Part shown: positions 26,062 through 42,357 of the stretch, piece by piece
Numbering within the stretch: position 1 is the stretch's first letter
Layout of the letters: each line of letters begins with the position of its first letter
NCBI GenBank assembly: GCA_033442325.1
Contig: JAWQFM010000001.1
Location: forward strand, 1,046,779 to 1,110,778
DNA from: Salpingoeca rosetta
Taxonomy: Eukaryota; Protista; Choanoflagellata
Length of the DNA: 64,000 nucleotides
Direction of reading: 5' to 3'
Notes under the pieces: model-generated
The model's input: the letters and a program-made list of their open reading frames with translations, nothing else
What the model was told of the DNA's origin: nothing
Database searches by the model: none
Position numbers and translations under genes: made by a program

Positions 26062-28953
26062 TCACTCCACATGGCAGCCCTCCAGTGCCTGCATAAGGGC
26101 GAGCTCTTGCTCCTGATCAGCCACAAGAGCACAAGCAAAGCACAGTTGGTGCTTGGTGAGCCAACAACAACAACACAGACAGGCATGCAGACAGGCAAAG
26201 CACACACACACACAACCACACACACAACCAGACAGACAGGACAGACAGGCTCACACACGCACACATGCAACCGCACACACATACGAACCTCTGAGAGGAG
26301 GAGGGCGGAGGTGGGCTTTGCGGTTCCAACATGCAAACCGTATTTCCTTCGATAGATGCACTTGATCCCTGCAATGATGTTCGTTCCCTTCTCTGAACAA
26401 CGGCAATGTTCCAGTAGCACGGCGATGGTCTTGTTCATCTCTCGCTGCATCTCCATCGCTTCCTGTGCACACGGGGAACAAAAGGGAAGGAAAGAGAGAG
26501 AGAGTGTGTGTGTGTGTGTGCGTGTGTGTGCGTGAGCGTGCATGTGTGTGCTGAGAGGCAGTGCAGGCAAGCAAGCAAGCAAGCAAGCAAACAAACAGTG
26601 CAGGCAAGCAAGCAAGCGAGCACGCAACCTGCAGGTTTCCCTGTCGAAACGCGGTGTACAGGCGCACGGCCAGCTTCGGATGGATGTTGTCTGCAGTGGA
26701 ACAATCATCAGTCAACACACAACACCTTCAGCAAACGACACACAACGCAACGTGGGACGAAAGAACAGCAGCGAGACAGTCCAACAGCAAAGCAGCGGTC
26801 GTACATGTGCTTCCAATCGCGCCGTCCGATCCCATAAACAGCCCTAGAACCACGCGCACTCACACGCATGCACAAGTGTCAACGAGGCGTGTCAAGCAAG
26901 GAAACACACACACACACACCACACACACACACACACACACGCATAGGCCGCTATTCTCTCTCTGCCTCTGTCTCTGCTCTATGTGCCTGTCTGTCTCCCC
27001 TCTCCTCCTCTCCTCCTCTCTTCCTCTCTTGCTCTCTAGCACGCCCCTCTCTGCAGCAAATCCAAATCCATGGCAGGTTCGAACCTGCTCCCATCATTTC
27101 GTCTGGTCCTGTGACGGCGTTGAGATTGCCTGCAAGCAAGCAAGAGAGTTCACGACAGCAGACAAGTCAGCCCGAAGTGGGCAATCAGGTACAACAAACA
27201 GCCTCCTCATTCATGAACACAAACGCAAACACACACAGATACACAAACATACACACACACATACACACACACATACACATGCACATACACACACAAGCAC
27301 GGACGCACCTTGGGACTTTGTGACCAGCTGTTCAAACATGAAAAAGTTGGTATCTGTGAACTTGATGCCAGCAAAGTTTGGGACAGCCGCCATTGCTTTG
27401 AGAAACTGCGAGTGTACGTGCACGCAGAACACATGGGCGCGTGAGATGATGGATGAAAGGAGAGAAGAGGCCACACCGCGTCCACCTGTTGCTAAGTGTC
27501 TTCATGGTGTCACAGGGCACTGGCAGGTAGGCTGGTTGACGGCAAACGCACAGAAGCAGCAGTGGCGGTACGGTCAGCAGTCTTGGCGATCCAGTACACG
27601 TAGAGCGGCAGGGACGTTGCCTGCCCAATCTGCGTCCAGTACTCAACAGCAGCGCCCAGATCGTTGGGTTTGTCAACAGGCACCACTGCGCAAAGGGTGA
27701 CACACAAGGCATCGTTGCCATTAGCTCCGCGCGTGCGAACAACAGCGGAGTCACTGACCAGCGCCCACACCGCAACGCCAGCACTTCAGATCTCAAACCT
27801 CGATTGGACCCACGTATGTACAGACATAATATGTGCTCACACACATTCACACCCCATGCAACACTCAGACTATGAACGCAGACGCGCACCGGAAGACACG
27901 GCGTCAGCCCCGACGTCCTGTGCGTGCTTGGCTAGCACAATTGCGTCCGCAACATCTGCAGCGCCCACCATGACGATGACTGGGATCTACATTGTGTTTG
28001 AGTGTGTGAGTGAGTGTGTGTGAGTGTGTGACAGAGAGGGAGAGAGTGTGTGTATGTGTGTGTGTGTGAGTGGGCGAGAGAGACACTCACAGACACACAG
28101 ACACCGACGCAGACACAGAAATAGAAACACACGTGAGAACAAGTGTGCTTGCACTGTGAGCAGGTGCATTGCAGGCACAAGCACTGGGTGCAGAAGTGAG
28201 CACACGTGCTGTATCTGCGTGTTTCATACCTTCTTGCCACACTCTTCCATGGCCGCCATCACTGTCTCAACCATTGTCTGCCAGTGTCAGACAAGTCAAC
28301 AGGGGTGACGGGAAGGTAGGCAAGAGAAGATACAACGTGTGTATGAGCGAACAGCAGTCGAAATAAATGAACAAGACAAGCGGAACCATCACTCCCAACA
28401 GCGCCCACTCACGCGGAAAGCACCTTGCGTTCCTGAACACTGGATTGTAGACCCTCGCCAGTTGACCCGCAGAGATAGAAACCATGCACGCCCGCATCAA
28501 GGTGGAACTGGAATGCACAGCACGCACAAGGTTGCAGGCAGTTTGAAGTTGGGGGAGGCGAGGCATCTGAGCAGCGCTGTGCACACGGATTGCTGTCATC
28601 GCGTATGGGTACCTCTCGCGCACTTGTTCACTGAGCTGCTGACCTTGACGAGTGCCCTCACAGCGTCTGTGTCCACGCCTTCGCCAGAAGGCAGGAACGG
28701 CGTGATGAGCGCGGGAGCAACGCCCTGCAATGGGTGAGAAAGTCACACAGGGAGGGAGGGAAGAGAAGGAGGTGATGAGAGAGAAAGGGAGAAAGTGAAG
28801 GCAGGAGGAGCGCGAGCATGAGAGGGAGAGCGCAGCTCACACAAGCACAAACATACAAACACACCCCAGCTCGCACACGCACATTCAAACACAAACAACA
28901 CCAGCCAGCAAGCACCACTGACTGACCCTGAGCAGCTTCCGTTTCGAGGTCAT
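26062..28953 (-). CDS. NPL: N-acetylneuraminate lyase-like enzyme (NanA/NPL, DHDPS/NAL family); about 12 short exons
   Basis: Spliced product: MTSKRKLLR|GVAPALITPF...|FHLDAGVHGFYLCGSTGEG..ERK|...IPVIVMVGA...|LPLYVYWI|AGIKFTD (Schiff-base Lys)|AVTGPDEMM|GSDGAIGSTY|NIHP..GNLQ|EAMEMQREMN..IAGIKCI|EQELALMQALEGCHVE*. Confidence 0.85.
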
Positions 28954-29126
28954 CGTTTGTAGAAAAGTTGTGGAAATCGTGCCAGAAAAGCAACGCCTTC
29001 AACCTCGAAAAAACAAACCAAGCAACAAGCAAGCAAGCAAGCAAGCAAGCCCCAAGAAGGCAAACACAGCAGGCAAAGCGAGGTGCTGTTCCAGCCACCC
29101 ACACCCACCGACACGCCTGTCACATC

Positions 29127-33097
<3,971 letters not shown>

Positions 33098-33604
33098 CAT
33101 TTAACAAGAACACGACCTCGTTGTTCTGCATGAGATCTTGGCTCGCACAGCTGTTGGTGGCGTTGCACTTTGGTCTCGACATGCGGGAGCGAGAAAGGAT
33201 GGGGTGGAAGTATGTATTTTTGTGCATATCTGTTACGATACATCAATGATTGTGTGTTCGCGCTCCAGCAGGGCTAACTTCCACACACAGACACAGACAC
33301 AGACACACAGACACAGACACAGACACACACACACACACACACAGACACACACACACAGACACACACACACAGACACACACAAAATATGTACTTTGCAAGC
33401 CCGCACGCAATCATGTCAAGTTGTGATGTGTCGCTTGTTACCCTGACTCGTGTTGAGTGAGGTGTAATTTACATAACGTCATCTCGTCAATCGAAAGGGG
33501 CCTAGGTCCATCTAAATCCGCATGTATGCATATGCATGCAAACACCCGCCCATGTCAACACAAACGCACACGTGCAAACAAGCGCACGCAAGCGCATGAA
33601 ATCA

Positions 33605-35748
33605 TCATCGCCGCTGCGTCGGGGTGTCGGTTGGTGGTGAGGACAAATTGCTGCCAGCCGCGTGATTCGTGTCTGCACCAGCACCATCGTCACCTGCACC
33701 GCCAGCAATGCCCGGGCCACCGTTGGTCGGGCTGAGTTGCGGAATGGAGATGCGCAGCTTGCGCGCCATCTGGTCCACGCGCTTCTGCTGCTGCTCGTCA
33801 TATGCAAACACCACCACCGTGCCCTGCCTGTTCCCGCGCCCAACGCGCCCGGCAATGTGCAGATAGTCCACGTGTGTGCGGGGGGTGCCCACGATGCATG
33901 CCAGCTCGACGTTTGGGATGTCCAGTCCTCGAATCGCGTCCATGTTGGCCACGCCCACAACAGGGCGCTCCGGCGTCGCGGATGCAAACCGCGCAAGCAG
34001 GTCCTCCCTGCGCTGTGCGGCATCGGCAGGGCTGGTGGCCGCATGCACGTGCTCGTATACGGCAATGGCGTCGACAGCGGTGCGCGTGCGGGCGCGGAAC
34101 TGTGCAATGCGGTTTGTCGTGTCCTTGACAGGGACAGATGTCGGCACAAACACCAGCGCCGTCGCTGGCGCCAGGGCGGACAGTGTCCACTCCAGCTGCG
34201 CAAACAGGCAGTCCGCCTGGGATGCAGTGGAGCCGGCACCTGTGCACAAAGATGAAACGGTTAAAGGTTAAACCACAGGCGGAGACCCGGGAGGGGAGAG
34301 GAAGCGCGTGAGCTGTGCCCTTTTTGACGGGAAGCAAGATGCAGCCAAGCAAGACGAGGAGCGCAAGCGAAGAACAGAGCATGAAGACAAGGAAGATAAG
34401 AAAACAAAGGACATGGAAGGAAGGGGTCAAGGGAAGGGAGAAGGAACGAGAAGGGCATTGTGCAGAACAAGACGTGCATGCAACGAACCGATATATGGCA
34501 TGTCAAACTTGGCACAGACGGCATCGTTGACGACGAAATGCTGCAGATTGTCGGGCAACGTTTGGCCATCTGTCAACGACACAGTAGTGATGGACTGGGG
34601 CGCACACCACCCGCGCTGCACAAGCTGGCGACGGCAATCGTGGTGGGTTGAGGGGTGCGTTGCATGGGTGAGCATGAGTGGAAACGGAATGAAGTGGGGT
34701 GTAGGGGGGGGGGGAGAGCAGCTGCACAACAGCACATGACCACAACCAATCAAACAAGGCAAGGAAGCGCAGAGTGTAGCGAGGAAGACAAGGCACAGGC
34801 CAAGGCGCAGGTAAAGTAAAACGAAGCATAGGCAAGGACAAGCGCAAAGGTAAGACAAAGCAGAGGCAAGGCAAGCGAAGCAAACGCACCTCTCGCTTGA
34901 CCCTGGTGGTGAGGCTGGCCGAGGCGCAGATGACCTGTGGACGCTGTGCCATCTGCCGATATGGCCTGCACACCATCCCCCGCACAGCAGTCGAAGCGTG
35001 AGTACACTGGCCAGCTTCACGCAACACGGAAACGACGCACAACACGGCGTGCAAAGCCGCGAGCGTGGTGTGTGTGTGCGTGTGTGTGTGCGCGCGCGAA
35101 GACGTCGCGTGTTTGGTGCTTGAACATCACAGCCCGCAGTCACACGCTGTACCCTCGTCTCCCTCCATCAAACCTCGCCCAGTGTCTGTGTTACATCCAT
35201 CTCTGATATCACATTCTGCTTTGGTGCGGTGCTTGCCTCCTCCCACCTTCTGTCTTCGCCCGGACCAAACTTCCGGCGGTACACAATCAGGTCCATGATT
35301 GTTGTTGTTGGGCGGGGGTGTCGCTCGCGGTTCTGGCGATGATGGCAGGTGTGGTGGGATGAAGAGGAGGTTTTGGGTTTGTTGGAAAGGGTGGGGGGGG
35401 TAGCAGAGTGTGAGTGGGCGAGGGAGGGCAGATCAAGCGCGCAGTCGTGTAGGAGTGGGAGCGCTTTCACAGACAGGCAAATAGGCAAGCAAACACGGGG
35501 ATAGACAGACAGACATACACACACCACAGAGGCAGACAGACAGACAGACAGACAGACAGACACAGACATACACAGGTACACACACAGGTACACACACCAC
35601 ACATGCATGCAGGCGTTCCGCACCTGCTTCTGCTTTGGAGAGGCGTAACGCGAGAGCGGATCCAGCAGCTGCGATGTGGTGGATGGTGGGTGAGAAACGA
35701 GGGAAACCACGCAAGCCAAGCAGACTGGGACAGCCGGACAGATAGGCA

Positions 35749-35803
<55 letters not shown>

Positions 35804-35936
35804 GCTGATATATGCAGCAGGTGCACCTTGTCGGCTTCATCCAGGACGACTGTCTCCACTTCGTCTGCAATCGGATGCTTCTCCAGCAGCTGTTGGCCGC
35901 AACAGCAGCAAAGTAAGACACGTACAACCTTATCCC

Positions 35937-35977
<41 letters not shown>

Positions 35978-37172
35978 ACACATCAGCAGCAGCAGCATGG
36001 TGTTGCGCACCTCCAGGAAGCGAGCAGGGGTGGCGATGATGATGGGTGGGTTCTCTCGCTTGAGCTTTCGCAGCTGATATGGGCCAACGTAGGCAGCAAG
36101 GCGTTGTTTCGGGTGGCAGGGGTGAGCTGTGAGCAGATAGATAACAAGCAAGACATGGGCATGCGTGGGTGCAGAAGAGACACAGAGACATAAAACAGGT
36201 ACAGGCACGCAGTCACAGAGGGAGACATGACGACAGACACAGAGATAGATACACGCAGACAGACAGACATACAGACAGACGGACAGACGGACATACACAC
36301 ACACATACAGGCAGACAGGCAGACAGACAGGCAGACAGAAGCCAGACCTGCTTCTTTGGTGTTGAGTTTTCGATACCCTTGACCACGCAATGGACGTGCT
36401 GGGATGCCTTGTCGCCAACGACGGCGGAGAGCAGAGCTACAAACACGCTGTGCACCTGGACGGCAAGCTCCCGCGTTGGGACGAGGCACAATGTGGAGTA
36501 CCTGGGGAAGGTGAGGTCGTTGTCGATGTACCGCTGCACTATGGGCAGGGCGTACGCCAGCGTCTTGCCGGTGCCCGTGTGGGCTGCGAGTAGCGTGTTG
36601 TTACCAAACGAGATGGGCTTCCAGCCTTTTGCCTGCACGTCCGTAGGGGTGATGATGTTCCATTCAGCCAAGGGCGCTGCTAGTAACGCGTTGAGGCCCA
36701 GTTTCGCAAAGCCAACTGACGAGCTGCGTGACACTGCCGGTGTTGGTCGCGCCGCACCACCATCACCATCGCCATCACCATCACCATCACCCTTGGGTGT
36801 GTGCTTGGAGGGCACAGTCGCACCGAGGGCTGCACGGCTTACGTGAGCTGCTTTGTGGCTGTGGCTGTGGTTCTCGGTTGGAGCAGACACACGCTTGGTT
36901 GTGGTGGCTGGCGAGGTTTCTGGCGCGGAGGTATTGGTTGTGGTGTACGAGCGAGAGGCGAAGGTGCTGGTGCGCTCCGGCAGCCGCGCAGTGACAGCTG
37001 CGCATGTCATGCTCCATTGTCTTGCTCCATTTTGGCTGTTGGAGATGATTGCGGTCTTGGTTGTGCGTGCCCACGTGTGCTGGCTAAGAGCAGCAACACG
37101 ACAAAGCGCCCGGCACCCCCGCAGCACGTAACCCTGCCGAGCATGTCGGCAGAGGGGAGTCAGCGCGTGCAT
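33605..37172 (-). CDS. DEAD-box RNA helicase, possibly mitochondrial; multi-exon
   Basis: Q motif (FAKLGL..PTDVQ), I AHTGTGKT, Ia VPTRELAVQV, Ib IIATPARF, II VLDEAD, III SAS, V AIRGLDIP, VI YLHIAGRVGR. Arg-rich, acid-free N-terminus. The start codon is uncertain. Confidence 0.88.
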
Positions 37173-38570
37173 GTGTACGTGTATGTGACAGGTGTGCACA
37201 AGCAGCTGACTATGTCGAATGTGACTTTGAGAGATTGTGTCACGCACTGGCAAAGTCACGCAAGACGCACGTGTATATGTGTGTGTGTGCGTCCTTGTGT
37301 GCTGTGCGTTTGCTTGATTGCGTTTCAGTCGTCCTGCGTTTGTGGGTCTTCGAGTGATGAAGCTGTTGCTGTCGCTGCTTGACTTCTGCGATTGCTAGCC
37401 TGTTCTTGCTTGTTGCTGATGCTGTTGCCTGGGTCAAGTCTCGGTTGCAGCTAGTTCACTACCATGGACAAAGGGAAGGGCGTTTCAAACAAGTCACGCC
37501 ACTTCATGTCATGTCACAGCGTCTTGGCCTGTGTGTGGATGTGGTCGGGGGTGTGTTTGTTGTTGTTGTTTGTGGATGTGCTTTGCGTGTGTCCGTTGTG
37601 TGTGTGCGTGTGTGTGTTCGTGTGAGCGTATGTGTGTGTGTGTGTGTGTGACATGTGCTGGCTGTCTGTTGACATTGCTGACGTTTGGTGTACGATTTTG
37701 CACGATTTTCGACAGTCGTTATCGACGCAGTCAGCGCGGAGCAGGGACAACAGCGGTGAGTGACCTTGCCTGCGCTCTGGTTAGGGTTGCGTGCTGTCTT
37801 CGTTCGATCGATGTGCACCGGTTGCGTGCTGTGCCTCACTTCCAGCGATGTGCACATCCAGCAACCACATGTACGCGAGCAAAGGTCGCAATGTTTGTTT
37901 TGGTTGCAGATGCTTGCTTGCTTGCTTGCTTGCTTGTTTGTGCTGTGCTTTGCCTTTGACCAACCAGCCGCTTGCTCCTGTTCACGAACACGCACGAATA
38001 CGATGAATACGATGAATACGAAACCATTGAGCGCTACCTCACACGTCACTGAAACACGATCTTGCTGGTGTCGTTGGCTGACCTCAGCTCCATTCGATTT
38101 CAGGGTGTGCGACTGCTCCTCGGGGTGATGCTACCATTGATTCGCGACAACACCCGCACACACAACGTATCGGTAGGCCCTCTCGGTCCTTGTGTTCGTC
38201 ATCCACTCCCCTCGTGCTTGCTTCTTGCTTGTGCAACAAAGGGGTTGTTATAGAGTTGTCGGACTATTTCCACACGTTGTACCACACGCGGTCTTGGTTG
38301 TCGCTTTGTGTTTGGACAAATTTATGTTGTGAGATGTGACATGAGATTTGCTCTCGGTCGGTTGTTTGGATTTCCCTCCTTCCGCTTTGATGTCAGATCG
38401 ATTGATCTTTGCAGCACGCTCGCTGCTGCCTCTGAACCTGCAACAACACCAGTTACACTCGACCTGACAGTCCTCTGTTGCTCGTCGTTGCTGTTGCTCC
38501 TCTGCTGCTTCCTCCTCTTTGTTTGCTGCCAACCAACCAACCAACCAACCAATCAAACGGACGCGGCAGG

Positions 38571-39099
38571 ATGCCGCGCTGTGCCGTCGTTGTGTTTTGT
38601 GTGGGCACATCTGTGTGCTTGCGCCGAACTGAAGCTGCGTGGTGGTTGCACAACGCTGGAGAAGCATACAGGAGCTCCCTTGTTCTCGTCACCGATGTGC
38701 GATCCAACCTCAACGTCGCAGTTCTGCGTCCCCGTGGAGGTTCGTGTTAATAATGGTCAAGATCATGTTGTGAATGTGACAGCGCTTTTCTCGGCATGCC
38801 GCCACACCCACCATGTCGAACGCTGTTTTCGTGCCTGCATATCCTTCGCTTTGCTGCTTGCTTGTTTGCTCGTGGCGACGCCACGCTGTTGACCTCGCTT
38901 GGCTCCTTGCATTGTCTGCTTGTTCTTCCTTTTCCTCTTCGCTGAAACACCTACGCACACACACGCAACAACACCAACGCACACATACACTCACACACAC
39001 TTGCACACACTTGCACCCACACCCACATGCACTCATACACACATGCACGCGCACACCTACGCACACATACACACACACATACACACACACCAACCTACG

Positions 39100-39161
<62 letters not shown>

Positions 39162-40687
39162 CACCTTGACACACATGTGCAGGGCGAACGGATCGGGTGG
39201 ACGACCGCGTGGTGTGCGTGCCCTTTGCTCCTCGGCAAACGTGGGAAAGCATGTACAATGAGACGGCGACGGTGGAGCAAGTTGTCACGCGCGTGTGCGA
39301 TGACCTGGCTGCCGCCACCGTGCTGCTTGTGGGCGAGTTTGGATGCCCCAGCAGCGGCCTTGTCGTGCGGTGTGCAGAGGAGATCCGGCACCGCGACCCC
39401 GCGTGCTCGCTGTGTGTGCTCGAGCCATACTGCCCGCTGCTCCCTGCCGGGTCGCTGGGCCCGCTCCACGCCGCCCTGTGTGCGCGAGTGCTGGGCGAGG
39501 ACGAAAACGACAGCGATGACGATGGCGACGATGGCGCCTTTGCTGACGGCACACGGCATCGCGCGGACATGCGTGGGCGCTGTGGCCGACAAGTGCTGGA
39601 CCACCACCTACGGCTGCCATGCACACCGTCCACGCTCGATCCCCACGGCCCCGAGCGCCGCATCATGCACGCGCTCACGGTGCTTGGGTGCCCGCACGCG
39701 GGGCGCATGGCGGTGGCGCTGGCACAGCTCGCCTGCTTTGCCAACGGCATGCCGGGCCTTGCCGCAGTGCACGCGCTCGCACCCAAAGCCGCCAGTGCCC
39801 GAAGCAACACGAGCACAAACAGCAGCACCAGCACCAGCACCACCAGCACTCGTCGGAGGCACACAGGGAGGAGACACGGAGACCGCAGTAGCCGGGACAG
39901 CGGCGTGGAGGACGTGGCGCTGGAGCTGGTACAGCTGCACCACCAGCGCCATTACCGGCATCTCTACTGCACTGGTGCTGATGGTGGACATGGTCTTGAA
40001 GGTAGCGCAACGGGAACAGCAATAGGAGGAGGAGATGGAGGCTACCGATGCGGACTGACGCAGCGTACTGGTGACGGTGGCGACGGCACCGCATCCTTGT
40101 CATCAATGGTGCTCGTGCAACAACAGCAGCAACGCCAACAACGCCAGCAACGCCAGCAGCAGCAGCAGCAGCATGCGCACGGCGGTGTGAGCAGTGCCGT
40201 TGGGAAGAGTCAACCACCAGAGGCCTTGGTAGGGCGAGGAGGTGGGGCGGATTCCAGAAGAGGTGGAAGTCAAGGCGATGCCTGTGCTGAGCACAAGAAC
40301 AAGAGCAACAAGAGCAGCAACAAGAACAAGAACAGGAGCAACACCCTCGACAGCGGCCATGGCAGCAGCGCAACACCCAGGAGCAGGCCCACCACGGCGT
40401 CGGCTACAGTTGCACCAGCAGCAGGCAAGCGCACCGCAGCTCACAGCGTCGGCACGGGAGGTGCCATCATGCCACCGTCAGCATCATCATGCGCTGCCAC
40501 ATTGCAGTGTCGCGTGGTGCTCTCAGCGCCCGCCAGCACAACGGCTGTCGTTGGCCCGCTGTTTCCCACCAACCCAGCACAACAGCAGCCTTCACGGCGA
40601 ACACAGCTGCCACCGTTTTTGGCGAGCATCTTCCAGCAACCCACTGCCGCAACCGTTACACCTGCTGCGCCCAGGACAGAAACCTGA
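38571..40687 (+). CDS. Highly divergent tubulin/Misato-superfamily-like protein with a low-complexity tail; 2 exons, about 557 aa
   Basis: Exons 38571-38739 and 39183-40687 join in frame (phase 1). Segments collinear with tubulin: MPRCAVVVFCVG, YRSSLVLVTD, QTWESMYNE, VLLVGEFGCPSSGLVVRCAEEIRHRDP, GPLHAALCARVL, LHHQRHYRHLY. Confidence 0.5.
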
Positions 40688-42357
40688 CCGCGTGCAGACG
40701 TGCATGTGTAGTGTAGTGTGTACACCCCATCATCACTTGACATCACATCATCACTTCACATCATGTGGAGTGGATATGATGTTCCTTCGGAGGCCGCCAT
40801 GGCGCTGGTAGGAGGGAGGGGTGGTGAGGTGGGGGAAGGGGATTGGTAGCGGTCAAAAGAGAGAACGTGCCGAGCAGAACTGAACAACGGAAAAAGGAAT
40901 GCAGGAGCGGCGGGACACTGCACGCAGGCGAGGTAGGGGACGGGGGCAGGGCAAGTGGCGGAGACCGCAGAAACAGCACGAGCGAAGAGGCGCGAAGAGG
41001 GAGGAGGAAGGGGAAGCGAGACGAGAAGAGAGACAGCTCGAGAGAGACAGAGTGTGTGTGTGTGGCCCGAGAACGGTGCGCTCGTGCTTGCCCCAAGGCT
41101 GACTGCACGCGTGTCCCATGTTTCACTCTCAACTGCCTAAATTCAAATCCAAAACCGGCAACGCTTTTTGTCCTTGATTGAAATTCCAAATTCCCACGCA
41201 CACATCGGGTGCCCCATCCTGCTCCCCTGCGTTGTGTGTTTTTGACTGCCGTTGGTGTGAAGCATACTTGGCTTTGACGCACACACATTGCTCGCGTCGG
41301 CCTCGTCAGTGATTCGTTGGCATCCTTGACAACCGTGACGATCAAATTTACGTGTGGGAGTTGTGTGAGTAAGCGGCGTTGTGCGTGCGCGTGTGTTCTT
41401 GCGTTGTGGGCGAAATTGTTTTGTACCCTGCCGTCGCAAATCGCAAAAAACAAGCAACGCAACAATGTCCCGCCCGATTTTGATGGCGCGAGCAACACAG
41501 CAAGCAAGCAAGTGTTACATTACATTACTCACGTCAACCAGGTCGGAAGCGTGACATACGCCCAGTCACAACAGACGATGTGAGTGATGTGTCTGAATGC
41601 AACACTGCAACGCACACACGCTGCTTGCTGGTTTCGTGCTTTTTCTCCGCACCCGAGTTGATGTGAACCGCCATTTTCATCCGACAAGAGCAAGCACACA
41701 CCAAGCCGCAACCCAGATCAAGCCAGGCCCTTGCCGTAAGTGAACGCTGCAGTGCTCCTGATACGTGTACACGTTCTCGTAGACACGCGCACATATGGAG
41801 AGACGAAGGAGCGTGTTATCCCCAGCCTTGAGAGAGAGAGATAGGGTGTTTGTCGTCGTCAGTTGTGCGTGCTGACGCGGGTTTTGCGCCCTCTTCCAGG
41901 CTTGGTTTGGGAGCCTGTGCTCAACGTTTGTCAAGTGTGATCAGTTGTGTTGGCTGGCCAGTGCAGGCTGGTGTGCTCTGTTGTTGTTGTTGTTGTTGTT
42001 GTTGTTGGTGGTGCTGGTGGTCTTACACGGTTTTGCTGCCGACTGACTGAATGACACACCCAGTTACATTTTGTTACGACCGCATGACACTTCGTGTCAC
42101 ACCACCTGTGTGCCTTACTCTGCGTGTGTGCTGTCGTTCGTTCATTTTGCTGTCGACACACTTTGACGCTGATCATCTCACGCACACACGCACACACGCA
42201 CACACGCACACACGCACACACGCACACGCACTCTCTCTCCGCTTCATTTCACACCACATACCACACGCCACAACGACTCAGGTTTCACCTCGCCCAAACC
42301 GCCACGACGCTATCTTCACCGCTGTCTTCACTCCACGCACTCCACGCACTTGCCACG

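Noticed and set aside
40688-42357. Possible ncRNA, transposon or small gene in the intergenic stretch
   Set aside because: No tRNA/rRNA structure, terminal repeats, transposase motifs or coherent splice model found.
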